Below, piece by piece: positions 28,276 through 39,184 of a stretch of 64,000 nt of DNA. The notes beneath the pieces are model-generated. The model was not told the origin of the DNA and ran no database searches. It worked only from the letters and a program-made list of their open reading frames with translations. The position numbers were made by a program, and so were the translations under genes. The stretch comes from a virus. Taxonomy: Duplodnaviria; Heunggongvirae; Uroviricota; Caudoviricetes. The stretch lies in the IMG/VR virus record IMGVR_UViG_2903405734_000002, positions 128,001-192,000 of that record. One strand, 5' to 3'. How positions within the stretch are numbered: position 1 is the stretch's first letter; every line of letters begins with the position of its first letter.

Positions 28276-28650
28276 TTAGCCTCCAGCAAGGAACTTGAAG
28301 GGCATGCACCAGCCAGCATTTGCTCCGTCACTGGCTGAAACCCTCAAAGAACCCTTATGCCAGTCGAATTTGCAAACCTTCTTGATGGCAGCCAAACAGC
28401 CACATCTATCGGACACAACTGACTTGGGGTTCATATCGGCAGCCATTGAAAAACAAGCGAAAAGAGTAGCGGCGGGATTATCGACAAGCTCATACCCTTT
28501 TGTCATGTTAGCCTGGCGATCAAATCCGCCGATATTAAGCGGAGCATTCGCGTTAGCAGGCGTCTCTACGCATGACATATCCACCTCAGCCATTGCACTG
28601 GCAGACATCATGATGGACGCAGATAAAACCATCACTTTCATTTTTTGCAT
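28276..28650 (-). CDS. Small exported Cys-rich protein
   Basis: GGAG RBS, signal peptide ending AMA, six Cys. Confidence 0.65.
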   Translation of the reverse strand: MQKMKVMVLSASIMMSASAMAEVDMSCVETPANANAPLNIGGFDRQANMTKGYELVDNPAATLFACFSMAADMNPKSVVSDRCGCLAAIKKVCKFDWHKGSLRVSASDGANAGWCMPFKFLAGG

Positions 28651-28720
28651 CTTTATTTCTCCAAAAAATATGCCACAATTAATACTACATTAATTATGGC
28701 ATAAATAACAAGTCATTCAC

Positions 28721-31312
28721 TTAATTAATTTGTTGAATCTCAGCATTTTCTCTGATTTGATTCAAGTATCGAATCATCTGATTTGAATAAACAAAGATCT
28801 CCGACAGGAATTCAGATTTCATTTTTCCGATCATGTCTTTGAACATGTTAAGCGAATCAAGAGAATATTCTTGAATTGGATTTTTCTGTGCGTAGCCGCG
28901 CAAATGGATTCCGGCTCTAAGGTTGTCAAGCATGGAAATCTGCTCAATCCAGAATCGATCAATAATATCAATCATAACCTGTCGAGATAGGCTATTAAAA
29001 TTGTCGATACCAACCTGTTCGATAATCCTGTTGGTCTCAGCATGTACTTTGTCGAGAATGTATTTTCGTATTTCTTCTGCGCTAAATACAGCCATGTTTT
29101 CCAGGGATGAAAAGTCATTTTCAATGCCCCAGTGATTGGCAATGCAGTTTTCAATATGCTTGAAATCAACATCTTCATAAGATGCCCCAGCAGGAACAAA
29201 TGAATCAACCATTGAGTTGACTGCACCAACAATAAAGTCCTCTGTTTTGCTTTTAACATCCTCGCAAAGAAGCCACTCTTTTCTTACTGAATAGATCTCT
29301 TTTCTTTGCATGTTGTTAATATCGTCATATTTAAGCAACTCCTTTCTCGTTGAGTAATGATGCTTCTCTATTCTACCTTGAGAGTCACGAATTGCCTTAT
29401 CAACGAACGGATGCGTAATACACTCATCCTCTCCAACACCTAGTGTCTTGAATACAGAGATGTATCTTTCTCCACCGAAGATTTTCATTAGATCATCTTC
29501 TAGTGAAACAAAGAATACGCTTGAGCCAGGATCACCCTGTCGGCCAGCGCGTCCAATGAGCTGGTTGTCGATACGCCTAGAGTTGTTTCTTGACGTTCCA
29601 ATGACGCATAGACCACCAAGCTCAATAACCTCTTTCGCAGCAGCCAGGCACGACTCTTTGATTGCAGCTGAGGCAGCCTCATCCTCTGTCACAAGTGATT
29701 TTGCGAGTTCCTTGTGATTTCCGCCAAGAATGATGTCTGTGCCTCGCCCAGCCATGTTTGTGGCGATAGTGATTGCCCCTGGTCTGCCAGCCATAGCAAC
29801 AATGCTGGCTTCGTACTCATGGTTTTTTGCATTCAAAACATTGTGAGGAATGCCGCCAGAAATCCCTGATGATTCGCCCGCCTCCTTCAAGAGAGAGGAA
29901 ATCATTTCAGATTCTTCTACGGATGTAGTACCTACAAGAACAGGTCTTCCGCTCTTGTGCTGCTTGATGATTTCGTCAATCACGCCCTTGATTTTGCTGC
30001 TTTTCTTGGCGTAAATGCGGTCAGGCATGTCTTTTCGCAGGGAGGGTTTGTGAGTTGGAACAACCACAACATCCAGGCCATAAACTTCCATTAGCTCAAA
30101 GGCATCCGTATCAGCTGTTCCTGTCATGCCAGAGATTTTTTCATACAGTCTAAAAAAGTTCTGCAATGAAATTGAGGCGAGAGATCTATTATCTGGCAGA
30201 ATCTCAACCCCTTCTTTTGCTTCTACAGCTTGATGAAGCCCATCAGACCATCGCCGTCCATTTTCAATCCGACCAGTATTTTGGTTGATGATTTGGATCT
30301 TTCCATCAACAACTACATAATCTTTGTTTTTTTCAAACAAATAATTTGCCCGAATCATTGTTGTAAACAAATCAACAATTGGAAGGTTTTGATTTGAATA
30401 AAGACTTGAGCTTGAAGTAATAACACCAAGAGATGTTAATTCATCTTCAATTTCCTTAAATCCTTTTTCTGTAATATGGACGCTCTTGTTTTTAAGGGAA
30501 AGAATAACATCGTACTGAGAATACTTTTGAGCATCATCCTTTTCAAAATCAACAACAGTGATGTATTTAGTTCTCTCAACAAGATTTTTCAGCATATCAA
30601 TGCCGCCCTGATTGATGTCACCCTCACCAGATATAATCAATGGTGTTCTTGCTTCATCAATAAGGATTGAGTCAACTTCATCAATAATTACATAACACAA
30701 GCCTTTTTGAAGAAGGTTTTCTTTGGATGGTGCAATATTATCTCTCAAAAAATCAAAAGCAAATTCGCTATTTGTGCCATAAATAATATCGCAATTATTA
30801 TAAATCTCTCGTCTTTCATCGCCTTTTGTTTTTGATTGAAGATATCCGACCCTTAGGCCAAGAGCTTCATAAAGCGGCATCATCAAAAGAGCATCTCGCT
30901 TTGCAAGATAGTCATTCACGGTTACTACATGCACCTGCTTTCCGGCGAGACTGTTGAGGTAGGCAGGAAGAGATGCAACAAGCGTTTTGCCCTCTCCCGT
31001 CCTCATCTCTGCAATATTGCCATCATTCAGAATAATTCCGCCCATAACCTGGACATCATAATGACGCATACCCATAACACGACTGGACATCTCTCTACAC
31101 AAGGCATATGCCTCAGGAAGAAGCCCCTCAACTGATGACTGCGCAACAGCTCTCTCCTTTAGTGATGCAGAGAGTGAAAACAGCTCCTCATTGCTCATAA
31201 CAGATAGTTTGGGCTCAAGAGCGTTTACAGAAGAGAGAACCGCTCGAACCTTTTGTAGGGTTCTGCTATTTTTTGTTCCAAAAAGGCGACTAATTAATTT
31301 ATTTTTCTTCAT
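28721..31312 (-). CDS. secA: Preprotein translocase ATPase SecA (start at MKKNKLISRLFG)
   Basis: GMRHYDVQ, EMRTGEGKT, VTVNDYLAKRD, IDEVDSILIDEARTPLIISG, IATNMAGRGTDI, RRIDNQLIGRAGRQGDPG. Confidence 0.95.
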   Translation of the reverse strand: MKKNKLISRLFGTKNSRTLQKVRAVLSSVNALEPKLSVMSNEELFSLSASLKERAVAQSSVEGLLPEAYALCREMSSRVMGMRHYDVQVMGGIILNDGNIAEMRTGEGKTLVASLPAYLNSLAGKQVHVVTVNDYLAKRDALLMMPLYEALGLRVGYLQSKTKGDERREIYNNCDIIYGTNSEFAFDFLRDNIAPSKENLLQKGLCYVIIDEVDSILIDEARTPLIISGEGDINQGGIDMLKNLVERTKYITVVDFEKDDAQKYSQYDVILSLKNKSVHITEKGFKEIEDELTSLGVITSSSSLYSNQNLPIVDLFTTMIRANYLFEKNKDYVVVDGKIQIINQNTGRIENGRRWSDGLHQAVEAKEGVEILPDNRSLASISLQNFFRLYEKISGMTGTADTDAFELMEVYGLDVVVVPTHKPSLRKDMPDRIYAKKSSKIKGVIDEIIKQHKSGRPVLVGTTSVEESEMISSLLKEAGESSGISGGIPHNVLNAKNHEYEASIVAMAGRPGAITIATNMAGRGTDIILGGNHKELAKSLVTEDEAASAAIKESCLAAAKEVIELGGLCVIGTSRNNSRRIDNQLIGRAGRQGDPGSSVFFVSLEDDLMKIFGGERYISVFKTLGVGEDECITHPFVDKAIRDSQGRIEKHHYSTRKELLKYDDINNMQRKEIYSVRKEWLLCEDVKSKTEDFIVGAVNSMVDSFVPAGASYEDVDFKHIENCIANHWGIENDFSSLENMAVFSAEEIRKYILDKVHAETNRIIEQVGIDNFNSLSRQVMIDIIDRFWIEQISMLDNLRAGIHLRGYAQKNPIQEYSLDSLNMFKDMIGKMKSEFLSEIFVYSNQMIRYLNQIRENAEIQQIN

Positions 31313-31450
31313 AAAAATCCACTTTAGAAAAAGCCAAATGCTCCTTCTGAATAAAGACACAGACAAGAATCGACCAGGCAGATCTTGCCACCTGAAAGGA
31401 AATATAATTGAAATAGGCAATGAAGACAAGCTGTTTATTTTTGAATAAAT

Positions 31451-31479
31451 AAACAAAATGCGAGCCAACAGGCTCGCAT
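31451..31479 (-). terminator. Intrinsic terminator of 31507..32793
   Basis: Minus strand ATGCGAGCC-TGTT-GGCTCGCATTTTGTTT. Confidence 0.7.
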
Positions 31480-31506
31480 CAAAAAACTCAAAAATCATTA
31501 ACAAAG

Positions 31507-32793
31507 CTAGGCGGTTTGTAGTGCCTTCTCAGCAGCTGCTTTTTCCTGTTGTTTTTTTGCCCACTCACTGTTATTCATGATGTAGGCTGGCTTACCACTT
31601 TCATCAATTGAAAAAACATTACCAATTGGGGCTGAGAATGCATGTATTGCACTTACAAGCAGGTTTCCTGTCCCCTTGCTGCTATGAATCTCGGCTACTC
31701 GAACAGCAATCATCGAATACAAAAACTTCTTTTCCTTTTTGTAGTCAATGATAGGGTTTGTATAAACCTCGCTTGAGACATATGTCTTAAGCGTTTTGGG
31801 AATTTGCATTGAGCCGCCAAGATATGAAAGATCCTTGTTATAGCGATCATTTCCTATTTTCCCACAATTAATCCTCTGAGTCGGAATAATCTCGACAATC
31901 AACTGGGGCTTGCTTTTTATCTCTCTAATAATCTTTTTGCCATCCCAGGCAAGAAAATCATCAATTACACCCTTTACATCTCTCACTACAAGGTTTTTGT
32001 AGTCATAGCTCATGTCGCACTGTGAGCACAACTCAGACAGAACAGTGTTGCCATCCCTGACTCGAATCATAGCCCCGCCATACATGCCTTTTTCGGTATA
32101 GCGCTCAAGGAAAGGACGCAACACCTCGACAAAGCCCGCTTCGGTGACATTAGTGAGCTTGATCAATTCTCTATTTTTGAGAATTACAGCAATGAACCAC
32201 TTTTTCTTTTTCGACATAATCATTGAGTGCAGCCTCATCTTTTCCTGGTCTGCATCAACGATGTTATCAATCAATCCCGCCTTAATATCTGCATCAATCT
32301 CATTATATCGATTAATATACTCATTAATCTCATCAGAGAATTTCCTATTGCAGTTTATTTCAAGGAATCCATACCCCATTGGAACTAATGGAGAGTCATC
32401 CGTTTCTCTTAGAATGCTCGCCCATTTGCACTGATAAACAGGAAAATCATGTTTAACAGGACTGTCATTAAACGGAGAGATCTGCTCAAGCAGCAAAACC
32501 CCGCTTGGAGAAGCATATGAGTTATCCTTCGATGCAAAGCAAGGATGCATTGCCTTTCTATGGGTTTGCGAAAACTCCTCAAGAGAAGGGATTGACTGAG
32601 CGGTATTGCTATCCCGAGCATTTGCTTTGGCCTGCTCTGTAGGGATGATGTATGCCACAACAACCCTGCCCTTGATATCGGCACCAACAACATAACTGTT
32701 ATCAGGGTTGGTTGGATCAATAACATACTCTCTGGGGTACAAAACCATACCACCTTTCATTTCCTGATTTGCCGCTGGCTGTGAATTTGTCAC
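31507..32793 (-). CDS. Hypothetical protein
   Basis: 428-aa ORF with its own terminator; no family recognised. Confidence 0.7.
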   Translation of the reverse strand: MTNSQPAANQEMKGGMVLYPREYVIDPTNPDNSYVVGADIKGRVVVAYIIPTEQAKANARDSNTAQSIPSLEEFSQTHRKAMHPCFASKDNSYASPSGVLLLEQISPFNDSPVKHDFPVYQCKWASILRETDDSPLVPMGYGFLEINCNRKFSDEINEYINRYNEIDADIKAGLIDNIVDADQEKMRLHSMIMSKKKKWFIAVILKNRELIKLTNVTEAGFVEVLRPFLERYTEKGMYGGAMIRVRDGNTVLSELCSQCDMSYDYKNLVVRDVKGVIDDFLAWDGKKIIREIKSKPQLIVEIIPTQRINCGKIGNDRYNKDLSYLGGSMQIPKTLKTYVSSEVYTNPIIDYKKEKKFLYSMIAVRVAEIHSSKGTGNLLVSAIHAFSAPIGNVFSIDESGKPAYIMNNSEWAKKQQEKAAAEKALQTA

Positions 32794-33012
32794 GCTATAC
32801 CCCTTGGTCTTGACTCATCTTCTTAAACCATTATATACAAACATAGTTAATAAAGCAATAAATATTAAACCTCCAACCAATACTCAAGAGACCAAAATGA
32901 GCAGCGCACAACCAATGGCCCCACACGAAGCCAACCCAAAAAAACAAATATTTATATTGACTTAAATTAATTATGGTTTATTATAATGAAAAATATCTAG
33001 TTTGGATAAAAC

Positions 33013-34464
33013 ATGCAAAATAAAATGTCTGAAAAGAGCTATAGCAGCGAAATGATAATGGACTCCATTCATGGAGCAATATCATTGTTTGAACATGAAA
33101 TAATGATAATCGATCATCCGCTCTTTCAGCGGCAAAGATTTATAAGCCAGAACGATGTGCTACAGTTTACCTTTATGGGCAGCACACATACTAGGTTTTC
33201 ACACTCCATCGGAGCATTACATGTCGCACAAAGGATGTTTAAGCAGATTATTACAAACAAGATAATTGCGCACGAACGAGCTACACCAGGATTTAAAATA
33301 TCCGATGAGCAAAACTCGGCAGTTGAGTATCTTTGCAAATGCTTGAGGCTGGCAGTCCTGATGCATGATACTGGTCACGGCGCGTTCTCGCACCAAGCCG
33401 AAAAGTCAAGAATAGTAAAAAGCATCCTCGAAGAAAAAGGGTGCTTTGAAGCTCTTTGGCAGGACTGTGATATATCCGACATCTACACTAAGTCACAATC
33501 TCCTCTTTATCATGAGCATTATTCAGTGCGAGCTGCATATGAAATAATGAAGGATGTTGAAATTAAGTATGCTGGCATCAACTATGTTGATGTGCTTAAC
33601 ATAATGGAAACCACTGACGGCCTGATCAGCGATAAATTCAAGATGGCATGTGATTCAATATGGTCGTTATTTACCGAAAAAACGGAAGATTGCAATAAAA
33701 ATGAAATAAATAAGCATGGCAACATTTTAAATATGCTGAGGTGTATTTTGTCTGGTGAGTTTGACGCAGACAAGGCTGATTACCTCCTGAGGGATAGCAT
33801 GCACTCTGGAGCAAATCTTGGTAAGTTTGATCTTGATGCTCTAATAAACAGTCTCGGAGCCTCATGGATTGAAGATGAAGACTCTCTCAGGCTGACAATA
33901 AGCAAGAAAGGTATTGGATCTCTTGAGGATATGATATTTTCAAGGTTCCAGATGTACTCTCATGTCTATAACCACAAGACTGTAAACGGCGTAGAGCTCC
34001 AATTGCATCTCTCAATAGATGAGATTCTTTCTGACGATAAAAATGCAAAGCAGATGCATGCATTTATGACAGACATAAATGAATTCGCATATCTGACTGA
34101 TTGCTTTTTCTGGGAGAAATTCAGAGAAAGAGCAAGGGCGGATAAAAATAGCGCCTGCTATGGATTGATTAATAGAATAAAAATTCCATTCCTTGGTACT
34201 TTTAAGGATATGAATGAAAAGCAAATTGAAGAGAAAAAGTCAGACATAGCTATTTCAACAGGAATTGATGTTCGAGAGATACATGCCTCAACCCATACAG
34301 CCAGGTTCTCAAAAATCAATAATGACTTTAAAGACATTATGATTGAAATTAAAGACCCTATCTCAATGAAGAAGAGCTTCAAGAGAATTTGCGAAGTAAG
34401 TGACTTTTTCGAGAAGTTCTCAAACATGAGAAACACATCCTTCCACAGAAGGAGCATTGGCTAA
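33013..34464 (+). CDS. HD-domain phosphohydrolase (SAMHD1/dNTP triphosphohydrolase-like)
   Basis: DSIHG, HPLFQR, HTRFSHSIG, MHDTGHGAFSH, HEHYS, DADKADYLLRD, VYNHK. Confidence 0.88.
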   Translation: MQNKMSEKSYSSEMIMDSIHGAISLFEHEIMIIDHPLFQRQRFISQNDVLQFTFMGSTHTRFSHSIGALHVAQRMFKQIITNKIIAHERATPGFKISDEQNSAVEYLCKCLRLAVLMHDTGHGAFSHQAEKSRIVKSILEEKGCFEALWQDCDISDIYTKSQSPLYHEHYSVRAAYEIMKDVEIKYAGINYVDVLNIMETTDGLISDKFKMACDSIWSLFTEKTEDCNKNEINKHGNILNMLRCILSGEFDADKADYLLRDSMHSGANLGKFDLDALINSLGASWIEDEDSLRLTISKKGIGSLEDMIFSRFQMYSHVYNHKTVNGVELQLHLSIDEILSDDKNAKQMHAFMTDINEFAYLTDCFFWEKFRERARADKNSACYGLINRIKIPFLGTFKDMNEKQIEEKKSDIAISTGIDVREIHASTHTARFSKINNDFKDIMIEIKDPISMKKSFKRICEVSDFFEKFSNMRNTSFHRRSIG

Positions 34465-34538
34465 CACTTCTCACGAAGTGAGGTTTATTAAAAAACATGA
34501 GCCCATCAAAGATGGGCTCATAATTTATTACCAGTTTC

Positions 34539-37031
34539 TTAGTCCTCTCCTTTCTCCAAGTGAATGTTTGTAAAGAGCGAAGATAGCGTTTCGATTATCT
34601 TTTCATTTGGTACTTTTGTTGGTGTTGGTGCATTTGGGTACACAATTCTTTCGCTCATCATGCCTATTGATTTTTTGGCGTTTTCTCCAGCCTCATGATC
34701 TGACGCACCTTTCAATTTTTCAATCTCCATGAGCTGATTAACCGGATTGGCTGAATTTTTTTGCTGTGCGCTAGTTGGGCCATCAATTTTTCTTTCCATC
34801 TCAGAAATGATTGTTTCATTTAGGAGCATTTCAAAGTTTGATGTCAAAAGCGCAGCTTCATCTTTTACTGTCTCTCTTGGTCTTTCATCATCATTCATTA
34901 CGTTTAGAATTCCATTTGCATCCTCAACAAAAGTATCTGATTGAGAGTCTGGAATGGATATTGTTGGAATTTCAGAATCCAGCTCATCCTTGATTGACGA
35001 ATCATCAATCAAGACAGGATTTTCCGCCTCTTCTTTTAATCTGGCTTGTCTTTGCATTTCTGCATCTTTTAGCTCTTCTCTTAAAAGAATGTTGCCAATA
35101 GCCATGACACATGCTTCTGACGAATCAACCCTTCTTTCTTTGAATTCTGAAATATCACCAAAGATGGTAGCAATTTCTTCATCAGTGTTTCCATGTTGGT
35201 TTTTATCATCAACTTTTTTGTTGCTTGATGATACAAGTGAGTTTAGCTTATCAAATGCTCCGTTAATTGCATCAATGGTTGCCTTCTTACCTTCGTTAAC
35301 CATTAGGAATTTATTCAGATAAGCTTTACTTACCTGATTTGGATCTGCATAAAATAGCTGCCCCCTAACCACCTTGTCTGAAAATAGTATGTGTGCTGCA
35401 CCTGGCCTTTGGCTCATTAGATCGAGAAGGTTTATTCTCTTTCTTCTTTCCACTCTTGTTTGGTTTTGATCTACGTATGAGGAGAATGCACTTCCCTTGT
35501 TTTCATGACCAGAGGTTACGGTAATATCAGCCTCACCGCCGCGAGATTCTACAAGTTCAAATGTCTCTTTAGAGTCTTGAAGCTTCATAATAACAGTAAT
35601 GTTTGTGTTCGCTACCGTACTTGCTGCCTCTTCTTCCCCACCCTTTTTAAATGATGGATAGTCCTGACCCGCGAATACAACTCCAACACCAAGCGAACGA
35701 GCCTGTGCTGCAACAACTGCGAATCCTTTTACTGAGTAATAGCCATATTCGTCCAAGATAAGCAAAAATGGCAGCTTACTGTTCGTTGGCTTTTTATCAA
35801 TTACATCTCGTTTTGTACCTTCTGTTGAGTTACCAAGAGCAGGGCCAAGTGCAGAACGAACACCTGCAACGATTAGCTTACCCAGACCACCAAGAGCATC
35901 AGGATCTTTTTCAAGTGCAGGTAGCATTACAAACAGAATTCTTCTGTTGAACACTACGTCTTTGAAATCCACCTCTCCGAGAGGAACACCAAAAATATGC
36001 CCATATGTTTCAGAAAGGTCTGCCATTACCTCAGTAAGCTGCATGGTAAGGTAAGTATGCTGTTCGTAAGCCTTGGATTGAATTTGCCCCATAAGAGCGT
36101 CTTCATCCGTATATCCTGGCAGCTCCAGAAGGTACTTTTTAATTGGTGCGATTTTTGATGGCTTGATGTCAGTTCTTGCTGCAAGCTCGACAATCTTATC
36201 CAGAGGTAAATAACTACGAATAAGCTCAACGTCTAGATTTATCTCGCCAATATCCCTCAGATAGGTAAGTGTTTTTAGAAGTCCGCCAAGCATTGCTGAC
36301 GCACGACCCTTCCACATGTCCCCATCGCCACCAGAATCTCTCATCAGACCTACAATCATTGATCTGAGTTGTTCACCAGTGCCCTGGGCAAGAGGGTTGG
36401 TTGTATTGCTTAGCCTTGTGAGCTCCCTGCTTGAGTCGAAGTCTGCAACGCCAGCGCCAACGAGATAGTTAATAAGAAGAAGATCATCCTCTCGTCCAAG
36501 ACGCCTACACAAAGAGTAAACAAGCCACCAAACGGTGTTGTCACCCTTTCCGTCAACGTACATACAGCCAGCGCCAATAAGCAAGGCTTGATATAGCAGA
36601 CCTAGCAGGAATCGCGTTTTACCGGAACCTGTTGTTCCCAAAACAAGCATGTGGGAACGAACGTCATCATTAGAAAACCAGATTTCAGTACCTTCGTCAT
36701 TTGTATTCCCAAGGTAAATGATTCCGTCATTTTCTATCTTTCCATCTTTGTTTCTTTCCATTCTTGCTTTGAATTCATACTGCTTTGTCTTTCCTTTTGC
36801 ATAAAGGTTAAACAAGAGTCCAATTCCAAGAAGAAGATCAGAAATCATTGGCAGATCAAAGAACGGCCACATTAAGATTGCAATACCCATTGCAACCATA
36901 ATGAAGCCACCATTTTCTGTGGTTATATCTCTCATTCGGTAAGCAAAAGGTCTTGCGTCCCTTGCTAGCAATAGAGGATCTAAGTCCTGGTTCTTGGTAA
37001 CCCCTCGAACCTTATTAAATGTCTTTCCCAT
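34539..37031 (-). CDS. dotL: Type IVB coupling protein DotL/IcmO (IncI TrbC-like)
   Basis: N-terminal TMs, HMLVLGTTGSGKT, YVDGKGD, RRILFVMLPALEK, LILDEYGY, AQARSLG…FAGQD; adjacent to DotM-like gene. Confidence 0.88.
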   Translation of the reverse strand: MGKTFNKVRGVTKNQDLDPLLLARDARPFAYRMRDITTENGGFIMVAMGIAILMWPFFDLPMISDLLLGIGLLFNLYAKGKTKQYEFKARMERNKDGKIENDGIIYLGNTNDEGTEIWFSNDDVRSHMLVLGTTGSGKTRFLLGLLYQALLIGAGCMYVDGKGDNTVWWLVYSLCRRLGREDDLLLINYLVGAGVADFDSSRELTRLSNTTNPLAQGTGEQLRSMIVGLMRDSGGDGDMWKGRASAMLGGLLKTLTYLRDIGEINLDVELIRSYLPLDKIVELAARTDIKPSKIAPIKKYLLELPGYTDEDALMGQIQSKAYEQHTYLTMQLTEVMADLSETYGHIFGVPLGEVDFKDVVFNRRILFVMLPALEKDPDALGGLGKLIVAGVRSALGPALGNSTEGTKRDVIDKKPTNSKLPFLLILDEYGYYSVKGFAVVAAQARSLGVGVVFAGQDYPSFKKGGEEEAASTVANTNITVIMKLQDSKETFELVESRGGEADITVTSGHENKGSAFSSYVDQNQTRVERRKRINLLDLMSQRPGAAHILFSDKVVRGQLFYADPNQVSKAYLNKFLMVNEGKKATIDAINGAFDKLNSLVSSSNKKVDDKNQHGNTDEEIATIFGDISEFKERRVDSSEACVMAIGNILLREELKDAEMQRQARLKEEAENPVLIDDSSIKDELDSEIPTISIPDSQSDTFVEDANGILNVMNDDERPRETVKDEAALLTSNFEMLLNETIISEMERKIDGPTSAQQKNSANPVNQLMEIEKLKGASDHEAGENAKKSIGMMSERIVYPNAPTPTKVPNEKIIETLSSLFTNIHLEKGED

Positions 37032-37121
37032 TAAATGTTCCCGTTATTATTATTGTTTTTTCGTTATTATTTTGATTCGGGCACTTAATTTTATTGGCTG
37101 GATGTTACTCCAGCCTTTTGC

Positions 37122-38408
37122 TTAAGCATCTACAACTACATCCAGTTTAAGGGCCTTAAATAGCGCCTCAACAGCCTCAGTCACCTCTGGTTGTGGCAAC
37201 GGCCTGCCAATTTGCTTCTCAATCAGCCAGTGAGCAAAGCAGCCGCCTGATTCACTGAATGAAACTCGTCTACCAATGGTGCTCATGCAGTACCAAAGGC
37301 AGCGATCCTCACCTTTCAGCCATCGGAATTCGGTTGTTGATACAACACCACCATTCCTTGCTTCTTCAAGCATTGACATTAAGCCAACCCTTACAAATGA
37401 GTGCTTTCTTATTACTCGCTCAGCTGCAATCCTTTTATATTGCCCTTCAAAGTCACGAGACATAATGAGTCTTTCAAGCTCAGAAACATCTGGCATTGCA
37501 ACATCTTTTATATTCTTTACTTTCTTCTTCTTGGCTTTATTTTCCAGATATGATGTCAGCTTTTTGTATAGCTTTTTTTCTTCATCTGTAAGCTCATCTT
37601 GCTTGATTTTTTGAGATAGGCCAAGGATGGACTGAACATGGGCTTCGGTCAGCACAATCATTTCATCAGCAACAAATGTCATCTTTGATGCAAGAAAATC
37701 GTATAGCTTTTTCTCAGTCTTGGTCAGATTATCATACCCTGTGTATCTCTTGCCTAACTGAGCCTTGAACGCTCGCTCTGCCAAATCATGGTCAAAGTCA
37801 TCATTTCCATCCCAAATGCTTCTTTGGAATGAGCTATCCCTTTTTGCCTCTTCCTCTAGCCCAAGAGGCGGAGACAAGAGTGAAAAATCAGCCGGAGAAA
37901 GAGCCATGCCAAATTCCACTGTTTCTTTTTTGTTTCTCTTGTATAGGAGTTCCAGCTTTGATGGATCTACATCATCAAGATTTCCAATGTTTTCATAAAT
38001 TGGCTTGGATTTTTTCAGGAGGCTATTGACTGAAAATATATTTGTCTTTTTATCTGAATTGATTATGTGCTTTACACCAAAATAAATCATTACAGATGCT
38101 GGAATCCAGGAGAACCACCGCCCAAATCGCTGATCTACCATTGTAACCGTTTCTGGCATGATATCTCTGAATGGCTGGTTTAATAGCCAATTAAATACTC
38201 CGCCAATCTCAAGCTTTCCGTAAAACGGAACCCAGTCAGGCATCCAAGAAAATAGACCTAATTCAATAAGCCTAAGAATCTTCCAGAAAAAGGCAATAAT
38301 GTGAAAGTTGTGTGATAAAAGAAAATAAACAGCTAATATGCTAGCAAGAACCACGATGAAAAAAACATCGCTAGACTCTTGACCTCCGCCGCCGCCCTTC
38401 ATTGACAT
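37122..38408 (-). CDS. dotM: DotM/IcmP (IncI TrbA-like) coupling-complex protein
   Basis: N-terminal TMs, MALSPADF, AFKAQLG, EARNGGVV…FRWLKGEDRCLWY…GRR…ESGGCFAHWLIEK…P.V..AV pattern; directly upstream of dotL. Confidence 0.85.
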   Translation of the reverse strand: MSMKGGGGGQESSDVFFIVVLASILAVYFLLSHNFHIIAFFWKILRLIELGLFSWMPDWVPFYGKLEIGGVFNWLLNQPFRDIMPETVTMVDQRFGRWFSWIPASVMIYFGVKHIINSDKKTNIFSVNSLLKKSKPIYENIGNLDDVDPSKLELLYKRNKKETVEFGMALSPADFSLLSPPLGLEEEAKRDSSFQRSIWDGNDDFDHDLAERAFKAQLGKRYTGYDNLTKTEKKLYDFLASKMTFVADEMIVLTEAHVQSILGLSQKIKQDELTDEEKKLYKKLTSYLENKAKKKKVKNIKDVAMPDVSELERLIMSRDFEGQYKRIAAERVIRKHSFVRVGLMSMLEEARNGGVVSTTEFRWLKGEDRCLWYCMSTIGRRVSFSESGGCFAHWLIEKQIGRPLPQPEVTEAVEALFKALKLDVVVDA

Positions 38409-38554
38409 TGTAGTTATCCTTATTATTATTTGCCAAAAAAACATGGCACTTATTTTTTTTGATAATATTACACACTTGGGTCATCAACATCAAGTTTGCA
38501 AAACAATTAATTAAGCTCAAAAATAAAAGGGTATGATTGACATACCCTTTATCT

Positions 38555-39175
38555 CTAAAACAGCCTGCTTAGCTTTTTCATTGGATCTGTTATCTCGTCA
38601 TCATCGAATTCTGATTCAATGAGTGCCGGATTGACTTCTACAATGTCATCATCATCATTATATATAGCAGAGTGCCTATCTGCTACTTCTGCTACTTCCG
38701 GTGATGCGGCTTCTTTTTCTCTAGCGATGTTTTTGTTTTCCACATGCGGCCTGGTTTCAGGATCTTGAATTGACTCTTGATTTTCCAGCGCTGCGGAATT
38801 CTGCTCTGTCTTTATCTTGACTCTTTGCTTTCGCCTCTCTCCAGCCTTATGGTAGTTTCTATTCTCAATAGGAGGAATTAGTTTTCCGCTTCCCTTCTCT
38901 TTGCTTTTGTCCTTCTCTGCAATAATTTTGTTTGCAGATTCAATGGCTCCTGTTTTAGCTAGAGCATTAACGATAACTCTTATTGACTCTGGATCTACAG
39001 AGCCAATCAATGCATCATTAATATCATTGTGTTTTATGAGGGAGGAATAACCAACCCTTAAAAGCATCCTAATTACATCCCCTCGCTTGTATTTGTCATG
39101 CCCTATAATGTAATCCAATAGTTCGGCATCCATTGCGATATCATCATAAAGAGCAAATGTAAAACGATGCCTCAT
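38555..39175 (-). CDS. Probable ParR/StbB-like adaptor
   Basis: Directly follows the parM-like gene; short N-terminal beta-helix-helix pattern and an acidic disordered tail. Confidence 0.5.
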   Translation of the reverse strand: MRHRFTFALYDDIAMDAELLDYIIGHDKYKRGDVIRMLLRVGYSSLIKHNDINDALIGSVDPESIRVIVNALAKTGAIESANKIIAEKDKSKEKGSGKLIPPIENRNYHKAGERRKQRVKIKTEQNSAALENQESIQDPETRPHVENKNIAREKEAASPEVAEVADRHSAIYNDDDDIVEVNPALIESEFDDDEITDPMKKLSRLF

Positions 39176-39184
39176 TTTTTACCT

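Noticed and set aside
31313-31504. 64-aa N-terminal extension of SecA, or a SecM-like leader peptide
   Set aside because: The region contains the upstream gene's terminator. SecA similarity starts at MKKNKLISRLFG, and no separate ORF with an arrest motif was seen.
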